This document shows, piece after piece, positions 50,279 through 59,734 of a stretch of 64,000 bases of DNA. The position numbers and the translations under genes were made by a program. The stretch spans positions 224,043-288,042 of the forward strand of contig JBEKQZ010000001.1 in NCBI GenBank assembly GCA_049519175.1, given 5' to 3'. The notes under the pieces were generated by a model, which worked only from the letters and a program-made list of their open reading frames with translations, had not been told where the DNA came from and made no database searches. This DNA is from Candidatus Levyibacteriota bacterium (lineage in GTDB: Bacteria; Patescibacteriota; Microgenomatia; Levybacterales; UBA12049). The first letter of the stretch is position 1. Each line of letters starts with the position of its first letter.

Positions 50279-52067
50279 CTCAATAAATAGACTTGCAGTG
50301 CTAATCCCTATCTTCGTTGTGTTCATCTATAACCTGATTTTCTTCAATCGATTCTACCCAATTACAGAAGGATGGTTTTCCACATACGCTTGGTTGTTCA
50401 ATCATGGAGAATTTCCATATAGAGATTTTTATTTCCTATTACCTCCTCTCTACTTAATTAAAATGAGCATATTCACAACTTTATTTGGATATAGTTTTCT
50501 CTATTTAAGAATTGTCGGTATATTCGTAATACTTCTAATGACCTATTTTTTATACAAAAATCTCCAAATTATTTTTGGAGCAGCGATTGCCGTTTTTGTA
50601 GCGATAGTCGGTATAATTTATTATCAATCAGGCAACGCCCATATTACGTATGATTTTACGCAATTTGTCATTTTGTATGGGTTGATCCAGTCGTATTTAC
50701 TTTTAAAATATGTAAGTACTTCCGGTTCTAAAATTCAGGCAGGTGTAAAGTGGGTTTTCTGGGCGGGAATTTTTGCCGGACTGGCTTTTTTGACAAAACA
50801 AAGTAACGGCATAATGATAACTGCCTTTTCCTTTATCGGATTATCTCTGTTATCTTTGTCGAAGGCAAAAAAAGAGTTTTTAAAAATTTTAACCGCATAT
50901 ATTGGTGGATTTATTATTCCGGTATCAATAATATCCTTATGGCTATTGGTTAATTCGGCTTTCGTTCCATTTGTTCAGCAGATTTTTTCCGGTGCGATAG
51001 GGGCAAAAGGAGGATTTAGCCAGATATTTTTTTCCTGGTTTAAAGGCATATTAACCTACAACTTTATTTTTAGAGTTGGACAGATATTGCAAATACTGCT
51101 GGTTCTCGGTTACTGGATGCCTCTTTTTATTTCCAAGAAGAAAAGGGATGGCGGTATAAGCAAAGTTTTTATCCTCCTTGCATCTTTATTAATGCTTCCC
51201 GTTGTTATTCTGCCGTTAATTTTAAATAAAAATACAGTTAATGTGTTGTCAAATTTTGGCTGGCAAGGCATTAATATTATTATAGTTGCGGCAATCTCGG
51301 TTCCCTTAACCTACATATTAATTTCTTTTCTTCTAACCATTTTTAAAAAGCCTTTTAATAAAAAAATCTTTTTATTTTCCTTTGTTGCCCTCGGTTTTAT
51401 TTATGGAACTGGAGCATCAGCGGGTGTAACCGAAGTCGGAGCTTTTTTTGGATTTTGTCTTTCCGTTGCCTTAATGCTTCATTTTAGGTCAATATTTGGT
51501 TTGGGGAAAATTTTTATCATATTCTTTTGCATAAGCTTCTGTTTGATGTTGGTTAAAGCAAAGTTCGAACGTCCGTACTTCTGGTGGAATGTTACAAGTC
51601 CGGATATAAGATCGAATCTTGTAACGGTTAAAAATATGCCTTTGTTAAGAGGAATTTATATGTCACAAGAAAATGCTAATTTAATAGAGCAGGTTACTTC
51701 GGAAATAGACAAAGGTTCAAAGCCGGGGGATCCTATTCTTGTTTTCCCCAATACGCCTATCTTTTATCTAATTGCAGACAGAAAACCACCGGGGAAAGCT
51801 CCAGTTCAATGGTTTGATGTTTTGACGGATCAGATGGCTATAAAAGAAGCAGAAGCGATAAGGAAGAACCCACCGAAAGTAATTGTTTATCTGGATCTTG
51901 GTGCATCTGTTTGGGAAGCTCACGAAAGTTTATTTAGGAATGGCAAGCCAAGCGGACAACGCGAGATAGTCGAAGCCTTTATGGAAGTCATCAAATCCAA
52001 GAAAATGAATATCTCAAAAAAATATGAATTACCTAACAATGTTACTCTAACAGTATGGAGAGAATAA
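50262..52067 (+). CDS. Putative GT-C membrane glycosyltransferase
   Basis: EGW..GEFPYRDFYFLLPPL, FLTKQ; polytopic N-terminal part and soluble C-terminal domain. Confidence 0.62.
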   Translation: MLKKINSINRLAVLIPIFVVFIYNLIFFNRFYPITEGWFSTYAWLFNHGEFPYRDFYFLLPPLYLIKMSIFTTLFGYSFLYLRIVGIFVILLMTYFLYKNLQIIFGAAIAVFVAIVGIIYYQSGNAHITYDFTQFVILYGLIQSYLLLKYVSTSGSKIQAGVKWVFWAGIFAGLAFLTKQSNGIMITAFSFIGLSLLSLSKAKKEFLKILTAYIGGFIIPVSIISLWLLVNSAFVPFVQQIFSGAIGAKGGFSQIFFSWFKGILTYNFIFRVGQILQILLVLGYWMPLFISKKKRDGGISKVFILLASLLMLPVVILPLILNKNTVNVLSNFGWQGINIIIVAAISVPLTYILISFLLTIFKKPFNKKIFLFSFVALGFIYGTGASAGVTEVGAFFGFCLSVALMLHFRSIFGLGKIFIIFFCISFCLMLVKAKFERPYFWWNVTSPDIRSNLVTVKNMPLLRGIYMSQENANLIEQVTSEIDKGSKPGDPILVFPNTPIFYLIADRKPPGKAPVQWFDVLTDQMAIKEAEAIRKNPPKVIVYLDLGASVWEAHESLFRNGKPSGQREIVEAFMEVIKSKKMNISKKYELPNNVTLTVWRE

Positions 52068-54791
52068 GAAGATATTCTAAAAGAAAGATAGCGTTGTTTG
52101 CGATATTGGTTATCGTAAATGTAATTCTCTATTTAGTTTTATATTCCGCGTCCCGGATATCAAGTAATCAAATAACCATAAAGCAAGTATCGGGATTATC
52201 TTTTAACAGCTCTACAGACAAACTCCAACCGGTGTTTAGTAATCTACCAAGATTCTATAGAACTTTTAATTTCGAATTTGAGTCCGATTTTCTACCGAAA
52301 GACGATAATTATGGAAATATCTTTCAGACGGGGAGTGATCCCAAAACCTTAAGAGTTGAACTAATTCATCCCGCATCTCTGCAGGTTGTCATCGGATACA
52401 AGGATGACCCTGGGCAGAAAGTATATCCGATTTCGGATAAAGTCAACTTAAATAAATGGAACCATATTCAGTTAACTTATTCTTCAAACCAAAAATTGTA
52501 TGTAAAGTTAAACGATGAACCGGCTGTCTTTCTTAATGACAACAAATATGATGTCGCTATTAATGATTTGGTTTTAGGGGCAGGTTACAATAGGCAAAGA
52601 ACATTTCAGGGGTTAATAAAAAAGACAAACTTTAAGGTTACTTTCAGTGAGGCAAATGCTTTGTTGTTTATTTTATCACTGATTTCGAAATATTACTTCA
52701 TACTAGTATTTTCCCAGTTGTTGTTTTTCTATGCAAAATATTTGAGGAAACAAAGCGTAAAGATAAAGGGCCGGGATTATAATGACATATTCTTCGGTTT
52801 TCTGATAACATTTTCAATTACTGCTTCTATAGTTATACTAACAGGAATATTTTCGTCTCCATTGACCGGCCAGAGGAAGTGGATACCTTATCTTGGTTTA
52901 CTTATACCTTCAGTTGTATTAGGTATGAATTATTTAAAAATAAAGTGGTTTGAAAAAAAATACTTTTTAGCAATAGCCGGATTGCTTTCATTTACTATAT
53001 TAATACTTGGTACCCGTAACTATGAATTTCTTTCCTGGTTCGGGGTCTCCGGCGTGCTCATGGTCTGTTGTTGCATATCGATTATACCGTTAACTAGGTA
53101 TTTTTCTTTCTTCTTCGCCGGAACATTAATCTTTCTTTTTGCGATTAATTCAGTTGTTTTCATGAATAATTATGGATCGCAAGGTTACATATGGACAGCG
53201 TTGGTAGTAACGGTCGTTATATGCGCATTTCTGTCTACGCTATTTTCGCAGAATAATCATCTCTGGTGGGCTAAGGTAAATAAAATCGGATTTGCTGTTC
53301 TCCTTGCTATCTCCTCTGCGCTTGCATTACGCTCTGATTCACTATTCCTTGGATCCTCTGAGTTTCACTGGAATTACTATACCGGAGTAATCCAGACTAT
53401 ACGTAGTGGCGGAGAATTGTTATGGAGTGCTCCTTCACAATACGGATTTCTAAGCGTATTATTGCCGTCGGTTTTGCCATGGACGTCAAGGAATTCATTT
53501 TTTATTTTTCAGGCTGTCTTATTCTTTATTTGCTCTCTTATTATAATAAAAACTATATATATGCTTTAAGAATAAAGCAGTATTCATACCAATAGCATTA
53601 ACGGCATTATCCTTGTTCTATTTTGCTGACCCTGCCATTATTGGGCCCACTCTTTACCCCTCATCAAGTGTTATGAGATTTTTCTGGGTTTATGTTCTAC
53701 TTTTTGCCGTATTAATAGATTATTACAAACGTAGCGTTTTGGATGGAAAGATTAAATGGTTTGTTTTGAGCGCTTATATATTAGGGGTGTTGTGGTCTGC
53801 CGAAAGCATGCTTTACTGTACGGCAATATACGGAACATATTTACTGAGCTCCGCGATAGCAATGTATAAGCTGAAAAAAAATACCAGTTTTAGGTTTTTG
53901 TTTATAAACCTTTTGGTGATTTTCCTTGTGTTGATTAGTACTAACATCTTCTATTTAACAACAACAAGCCATTTTCCGGATTTAAATATGTATTTTATGT
54001 ATGCTTTTGGTTACGCAAATGGCTATGGAGAGTTAGCAATAACCCCCTGGGGGATCTATTGGGCAATTATAATTGTTTTTTCCGCTATCGTTTTTGTCTT
54101 ATGGCGTTTATATTCTGCAAAGAAATACACAGAGTGGGTGGTCATATCCGTTTGCTTAGCCACATTATGGATTGTAACAAGCTACTATATTGGAAGAGCA
54201 GTTACCAATAATCTTACGGCGATTTTGCCTTTAATCTTTTACGTTTTTATTGTGATGTCGGCGACATTAATGGAAGTAAAGCTTTTTACATACAGGTTCC
54301 TTCTTACCTTGGTTTTTTTGCCGTGGATAATAGTCGGAATAATGGGCGGGATTGGTAATCCGCAATTTATCGATAAACTGCGGCAATTCAAATTCGCGGA
54401 AAATATTAACAGTAAAAGCTTTAAGCCGGATAATGAACTAAATAGCATCTTCAAATCCTTAAATATTGTTAATGGTGTTAGAATAGCTTATTACGGAGAT
54501 CCATATAATAATCCGGTTATTCCCAACGGCAAGGGAGGATATGTGGATCCTATTGCTGGCATGCCTCTTCCCATGACGCTTCTGGAAGAACCAATACCAG
54601 AGCAAAAAAGAGATATTATTGTAGAAAGGTTTTTAAATGGCATAAAAGGACCAATATATTTGATACATAGAAAAAAAGAGAGTTTAAACAGATTATCTGA
54701 TTGGAAAACATATTTTCAACAGAAGTATTCTCTCAAAAAAGAAGATACTGGAAAGAGTGAGTATGAGGTCTTTATAGTTAGTGACAAATAG
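52055..54791 (+). pseudogene. LamG/ConA-like domain plus GT-C-like membrane protein, frameshifted at (AT)4 (ORFs 52055-53569 and 53613-54791)
   Basis: Adding one AT at 53555-53562 yields one continuous ORF of about 912 aa; NKWNHIQLTY LamG-like motif; FHWNYY..PSQYGFL. Confidence 0.68.
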
Positions 54792-54828
54792 AGATTATAT
54801 ATATTATATACATAATACCTTAAATAAC

Positions 54829-56574
54829 ATGCATCGGTTTTCATATATTATTAGGACAATTATACTATTTTTTATATTACTTGTAATTACTATATTAATT
54901 AATTCTAACGTAGATAACAGTAATATTTATTATAAATTTAAGAATAACGTATCAGGTGGATTTACTACCATTACACAAAAAAATCAATGGAATGATGTTG
55001 CAAATACTAAAATACTACTGGCCCATAAAAAATTAGACTTAGATTTTACTGCACAATCTGATTACTTAGGTACCATAGCAATCCCATTTGACACGAACAA
55101 TGAGAGTATTCATGACAGAATTGTTTTCCGTATAAAAGAAGCTTCGGAAAAAAACTGGTTTCATCAAAATGTCTATGATACTAACCAAATTCAGGATAAT
55201 GTACCTTTCCCATTCGGTTTTCCTATCATTCAACATTCCAAAGGTATTCATTTTAAAGTCGAGATAGAATCCATGGATGGAAGAAAAAATAATCATTTGT
55301 CTCTAAATACTAATAATAGGTATTTCCTCGCAGAGTATATTTATTCAAAAGCAAATATTTTTCGAAGTCAAAGAGTGCTCTCTCAGTTCTTATATTTTAA
55401 AATTTATGAACACGTTTCTACCTTAACTATACCAGAATTATCGCTCATTATTTTAATATCTTTGATCATTCAGATTCTTCCCTATAAGTCATTATTTTCC
55501 ACCAAGAATAGAAAAAAGTATACAGAAAGTCCCAAGAAGAGTTTTACAAACAGAGTAGATTGGGTTGATGCAGGAAAAGGTTTGGGATTAATTCTAGTTA
55601 TATTTGGTCATTTGGTTACTATGGGTACAGTGCTTTCAAATTGGATTTTTAGTTTTCATATGCCACTTTTTTTCTTTTTATCGGGCTATGTAACTAAAAT
55701 TCCAAATAGAAGTATAAGTTACTCTTCAAAAAGAATATTTGTAAATTTGATAGTGCCATATTTTGTTTTTGTAACAGTCGGATTGCTTGTATCTTTGGCT
55801 ATACCAATATGGAGACATATAAATATTGATCAATTATTAGTTGAACTTTTTTATTCTGGTGTACCAAGTAGTATACAAGTTTCTCAATTATGGTTTCTAA
55901 TTTGTTTAGCGGTAACTCAATTTATGGCAATTGTTTTTTTCAGGTTAAATCATAAAGATATAACTATAACCATTATGTTAGTTTTTGTATTCGCTTTGAT
56001 AGCGTATTTAATTAATATATATCAAATTGGTTTTTGGGTACACGGAGTTTATTATCGTTTACCTTGGATGACAGATACAGCTTTTATGGGTTTATTTTTT
56101 TTCTTGATAGGATTTTACTCAAATTCTTTAAAGATTTTTTCCAAATTGACCTCACATTTTTCATATTCAAATATTGTTAAAATTTTGATTTTTTTAATAA
56201 TAAGTTTTTATTTTGGGACTCAATTAAACCATGGAGCTAGCTTAAGTGCAAACTTTTATGGAAATCTAACGTATTTTCTCATTGCTGCTTTAGCAGGTAT
56301 TATATTTATTATATATATATCAAGATTTTTTGAGAATAATAAACTGCTTATATATTTAGGAAAAAATACACTTCCGATATATGCAAGTCAATCATTTATT
56401 CTTTCTTTATTTCAGTACTTATTAAATTTAATCTTACATAAAAAATTTGCAATTATGGTAAATGTTCCGTTATTGTTATGCTTTTTGGGTCTAGTCTTAA
56501 TTATTGCAGTGCTTATAATAGTTTCTATTGTTTACAATAATACTATCCAAAAACTTATTTTAAAACTGCAATGA
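54829..56574 (+). CDS. Acyltransferase-3 (OafA-like) O-acyltransferase with the shared N-terminal domain
   Basis: RVDWVDAGKGLGLILVIFGH, FSFHMPLFFFLSG, LWFL, LGKNTL.IY; start uncertain (GTG 54781 or ATG 54829). Confidence 0.82.
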   Translation: MHRFSYIIRTIILFFILLVITILINSNVDNSNIYYKFKNNVSGGFTTITQKNQWNDVANTKILLAHKKLDLDFTAQSDYLGTIAIPFDTNNESIHDRIVFRIKEASEKNWFHQNVYDTNQIQDNVPFPFGFPIIQHSKGIHFKVEIESMDGRKNNHLSLNTNNRYFLAEYIYSKANIFRSQRVLSQFLYFKIYEHVSTLTIPELSLIILISLIIQILPYKSLFSTKNRKKYTESPKKSFTNRVDWVDAGKGLGLILVIFGHLVTMGTVLSNWIFSFHMPLFFFLSGYVTKIPNRSISYSSKRIFVNLIVPYFVFVTVGLLVSLAIPIWRHINIDQLLVELFYSGVPSSIQVSQLWFLICLAVTQFMAIVFFRLNHKDITITIMLVFVFALIAYLINIYQIGFWVHGVYYRLPWMTDTAFMGLFFFLIGFYSNSLKIFSKLTSHFSYSNIVKILIFLIISFYFGTQLNHGASLSANFYGNLTYFLIAALAGIIFIIYISRFFENNKLLIYLGKNTLPIYASQSFILSLFQYLLNLILHKKFAIMVNVPLLLCFLGLVLIIAVLIIVSIVYNNTIQKLILKLQ

Positions 56575-56584
56575 GCTTCAACCG

Positions 56585-56614
56585 TTGACAAGCATCCTAA
56601 GTTTGCCATACAAT
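56585..56614 (+). promoter_or_regulatory. Sigma70-type promoter, TTGACA-18-TACAAT
   Basis: Perfect -35 and 5/6 -10 in the gap upstream of ATG 56632. Confidence 0.65.
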
Positions 56615-56631
56615 CAATCACATAAATTTCT

Positions 56632-57339
56632 ATGACTGTATTTGATAAGTATGCTGACAATTATGACGAAGGACACGTCAAAGCGGTTGCGATGTCCGGA
56701 TTTAAACCCTCCCACTTCCACGAATATAAATTAAAAGAAGTTCTGGAATATCTTAAAGAGAATGGTTTGGCAAATAAAAAACTTAAATTCCTAGATTTTG
56801 GGTGCGGTACGGGAAGTAGCGTAAAGTACATAAAAAAATATTTACCCAAGGCTTCTGTTTACGGAGTCGACGTTTCCAAGGAGGAAATTAGAGTTGCCAA
56901 AGCCAATAGTAAAGGCCTTAAAGATGTGACGTTTGCCGCTTTTGACGGAACTAATATTCCCTTTACCGTTAAGTTTGACGTTATATTTATTGCCAATGTT
57001 TTCCACCATATTAGACGCGATAAACATAAAAAAGTGATGAAAAATATCTACGCTAAATTGGCAGACGACGGAATTCTGTTTATGTTTGAGCTTAATAAGC
57101 TGAATCCGTTAACTATGTTTGTGGCAATCAGGAATGATTATAAATTTGATAAAGATGCAAACCTTTTAAACCCGTTTTATGCAAAAAGGCTATTGCGAAA
57201 TGCAGGTTTTTTAAATAGCAAGGTTACTTATACGATATTCTTTCCCCAATTCCTTTCAGCGTTAATTCCACTGGAAAAATATCTCCGTTGGTTTCCTTTT
57301 GGAGCACATTACTTTTATGTTGCCAAGAAAAGCGAGTGA
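56632..57339 (+). CDS. Class I SAM-dependent methyltransferase
   Basis: FLDFGCGTG, YGVDVS, FDVIF..VFHHI. Confidence 0.88.
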   Translation: MTVFDKYADNYDEGHVKAVAMSGFKPSHFHEYKLKEVLEYLKENGLANKKLKFLDFGCGTGSSVKYIKKYLPKASVYGVDVSKEEIRVAKANSKGLKDVTFAAFDGTNIPFTVKFDVIFIANVFHHIRRDKHKKVMKNIYAKLADDGILFMFELNKLNPLTMFVAIRNDYKFDKDANLLNPFYAKRLLRNAGFLNSKVTYTIFFPQFLSALIPLEKYLRWFPFGAHYFYVAKKSE

Positions 57340-57345
57340 TATAAT
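57337..57345 (+). promoter_or_regulatory. Extended -10 element (TGaTATAAT), leaderless-type
   Basis: Ends 7 nt before ATG 57353; its TGA is the upstream stop codon. Confidence 0.6.
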
Positions 57346-57352
57346 AGTCTTC

Positions 57353-59461
57353 ATGCGTAAGTTTATCGCGCCCCTTTTATTACTGTCGTTAATTATAGTT
57401 GTCTTTCATTCATGGTTTAATTCCGGATTTTTAACTTCAAATGATTTTCTCTATTTTTCTAAGTCTATGATAAAAGATGCCACTTTTAATATTTATGCCT
57501 GGGATTGGCATAGTGGTCTTGATGGTTTTGCAAGATTTGTTTCTCCATATTCATGGATTTTTCCCTTTATAAATTTTCCACAAGTAGTATTTGGTAAATT
57601 GGGATTTGATTGGGCCTTTATAGAAAGGGTTGTTTACTTTTATCCACTCCTACTGCTTTTGATATTTTCTCCGATTCTTCTTGTAAAATATTTTTTCCCA
57701 AAAAATAAGTTTTATTTATTTTCCGTGCTTATTTTTGCTTTTAATACTTATTCATTATTGTTGGCCGGAGGAGAGATATTTCTTGCTCTAGCATATTCCT
57801 TGATGCCTATTGTTTTGGTTTTATTTGCTCACATGATCGATATTCGCAACAATGACGGATTTTCAAAATATAAATATTCTTTTATTGCAGGTTTAGTATT
57901 TGCCGTTCAAATAATGATAGACCCAAGGTTTGCGTTCGTAACGGTATTTTGCGTAGTTTTCTATTCGATATTTTATGCCATTTTTAAGGTTGGGAATTTT
58001 AACAAAGACAAGATAAAGAAATATGTTTATAATTTAATATTCATCTTTCTGATTCCCGGAATAATTGCAGTATTGCTTCATGCTTTTTGGATAATTCCTT
58101 CAATAATGCACGGAGGAAACCCCGTCGAAGCGCTAGGGGTTTCTTATTCGACCGGTGGTGCAGTTCAATATTTGAGTTTCGCAAAACTGGAAAATACAAT
58201 TTCGCTTTTGCACCCCAACTGGCCGGAAAATATCTTTGGGAAAGTTTATTTCATGCGGCCGGAATTTTTACTATTACCGGTTCTGGCTTTTGCGTCCCTA
58301 TTTTTTATTTCCAAAACCAAAGATCAAAAAACCAATATCTATGTGCTGTTCTTTGCGCTTTTAGGATTAGTCGGAGCATTTTTGGCCAAAGGCGCAAACG
58401 ACCCTTTCGGCGCAGTATATCTATGGGCATTTAATCATATTCCGGGGTTTATTATGTTTCGGGATCCCGCAAAATGGTATCCGCTGGTCGCGATTTCGTA
58501 TTCGATACTAATTCCCTTCACAATATGGCAAATTTATGAATTTCTAAAATCCCATTCTAAGTTTTCAATTTTCAATCCTCAATTCTCAATCAAAAACAAA
58601 TTTTTCAATTTGCCCCACTTCGCTACGGCTTCGAGGGGCAAGCAAAACCTATTTCTGTTTTTGGTTTTGGTTTATATGTTATTTCTGATTAGACCTGCGA
58701 TATTAGGGCAACTGGGCGGAATGTTTAAGGCTACTGTTATTCCGAATGATTATGTAAAGTTAGAAAAGTTTTTAGTAAATCAGCCAGATTATTTTAGAAC
58801 GCTTTGGGTGCCTTCAAAGCAAAGATTTGGTTATTACTCCAATAATCATCCGGAAATGTCCGCGCAAGTCTTATTTAATGTTACCGATAATCAAAGCTTA
58901 TTCAAAAAGCTATCGGAGGAAAATACGGAAAATCTTTTGCAAGAGGCGTCGATAAAATATGTAATTATTCCCTATGATTCCGAAAAAGAAATATTTTTAT
59001 CTGACAGGAAATACGATAATTTAATTTACTTACAAACAGTACGAGAGACTCAAAAAATACCATGGCTTAAACAAGTCGCCAGTTTTGGGAAAATAATGGT
59101 TTTTGCAGTTCCTAATCCAAAAGGCCATTTTTGGTCTCCATCAAAAACGCTTTCTTTAGCTTATGAATACATAAACCCTGTTAAGTATTCAGTCAATATA
59201 AAAAATGCTAAGAAAGGGGACATTATTGTCTTTGCAGAAAGCTATGATGTGAAATGGATTGCCGAAAATTCAACGTTTCATGTTCAAAGCTCAAAGTTCG
59301 ATAATGAATTCAACAGCTTCGTTTTACCAGCCAACGGAAACTATAATCTAAGAATCTATTATACGCCTCAGGATTACGTTAATATTGGCCTAGCAATTAG
59401 TGGGGTTACTTTATTTATTCTAGCCGGCGGCTTGTTGTTTTTAATAATTAAGAAAAAATGA
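57353..59461 (+). CDS. GT-C-like membrane protein (AftD/DUF3367- or YfhO-like)
   Basis: Polytopic; HAFWIIP, FLAKG..PFG, PGF.MFRDP.KW, RTLWVP, ESYD..W. Confidence 0.65.
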   Translation: MRKFIAPLLLLSLIIVVFHSWFNSGFLTSNDFLYFSKSMIKDATFNIYAWDWHSGLDGFARFVSPYSWIFPFINFPQVVFGKLGFDWAFIERVVYFYPLLLLLIFSPILLVKYFFPKNKFYLFSVLIFAFNTYSLLLAGGEIFLALAYSLMPIVLVLFAHMIDIRNNDGFSKYKYSFIAGLVFAVQIMIDPRFAFVTVFCVVFYSIFYAIFKVGNFNKDKIKKYVYNLIFIFLIPGIIAVLLHAFWIIPSIMHGGNPVEALGVSYSTGGAVQYLSFAKLENTISLLHPNWPENIFGKVYFMRPEFLLLPVLAFASLFFISKTKDQKTNIYVLFFALLGLVGAFLAKGANDPFGAVYLWAFNHIPGFIMFRDPAKWYPLVAISYSILIPFTIWQIYEFLKSHSKFSIFNPQFSIKNKFFNLPHFATASRGKQNLFLFLVLVYMLFLIRPAILGQLGGMFKATVIPNDYVKLEKFLVNQPDYFRTLWVPSKQRFGYYSNNHPEMSAQVLFNVTDNQSLFKKLSEENTENLLQEASIKYVIIPYDSEKEIFLSDRKYDNLIYLQTVRETQKIPWLKQVASFGKIMVFAVPNPKGHFWSPSKTLSLAYEYINPVKYSVNIKNAKKGDIIVFAESYDVKWIAENSTFHVQSSKFDNEFNSFVLPANGNYNLRIYYTPQDYVNIGLAISGVTLFILAGGLLFLIIKKK
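58562..58589 (+). repeat. In-frame heptamer repeat TTTTCAA TTTTCAA TCCTCAA TTCTCAA
   Basis: Read directly; encodes FSIFNPQFS. Confidence 0.75.
58610..58642. repeat. GC-rich REP-like hairpin inserted in frame
   Basis: TTGCCCC...GGGGCAA inverted arms around ACTTCGCTACGGCTTCGA in an AT-rich context. Confidence 0.65.
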
Positions 59462-59685
59462 AAATACAGGATATATTATTTTTAGTTATATTGGTAATTT
59501 TGTTTTTTAAGCACAAAGAGAATTCTTTTGTGGCTTTTGGCTTACTGTGTTTTTTTCTGGCAATGCCATTTTTCTATTTTTGGGTTTTCTTTACGGCGGA
59601 AAGACTCGTCTACTATGGAACATTATTAGTTCTAATAGAAATTTTATTTAAATTCATTCAATTTGGAATAAAGCCCCGGAAATGA
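59458..59685 (+). CDS. Small hydrophobic membrane protein, unknown function
   Basis: 75 aa, 2-3 TM segments, ATGA-coupled to the upstream gene. Confidence 0.6.
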   Translation: MKIQDILFLVILVILFFKHKENSFVAFGLLCFFLAMPFFYFWVFFTAERLVYYGTLLVLIEILFKFIQFGIKPRK

Positions 59686-59734
59686 TAAAATAGATTTAAG
59701 CTCAATTTCAGTAATCGAAGTTAGCATCAAGAAT

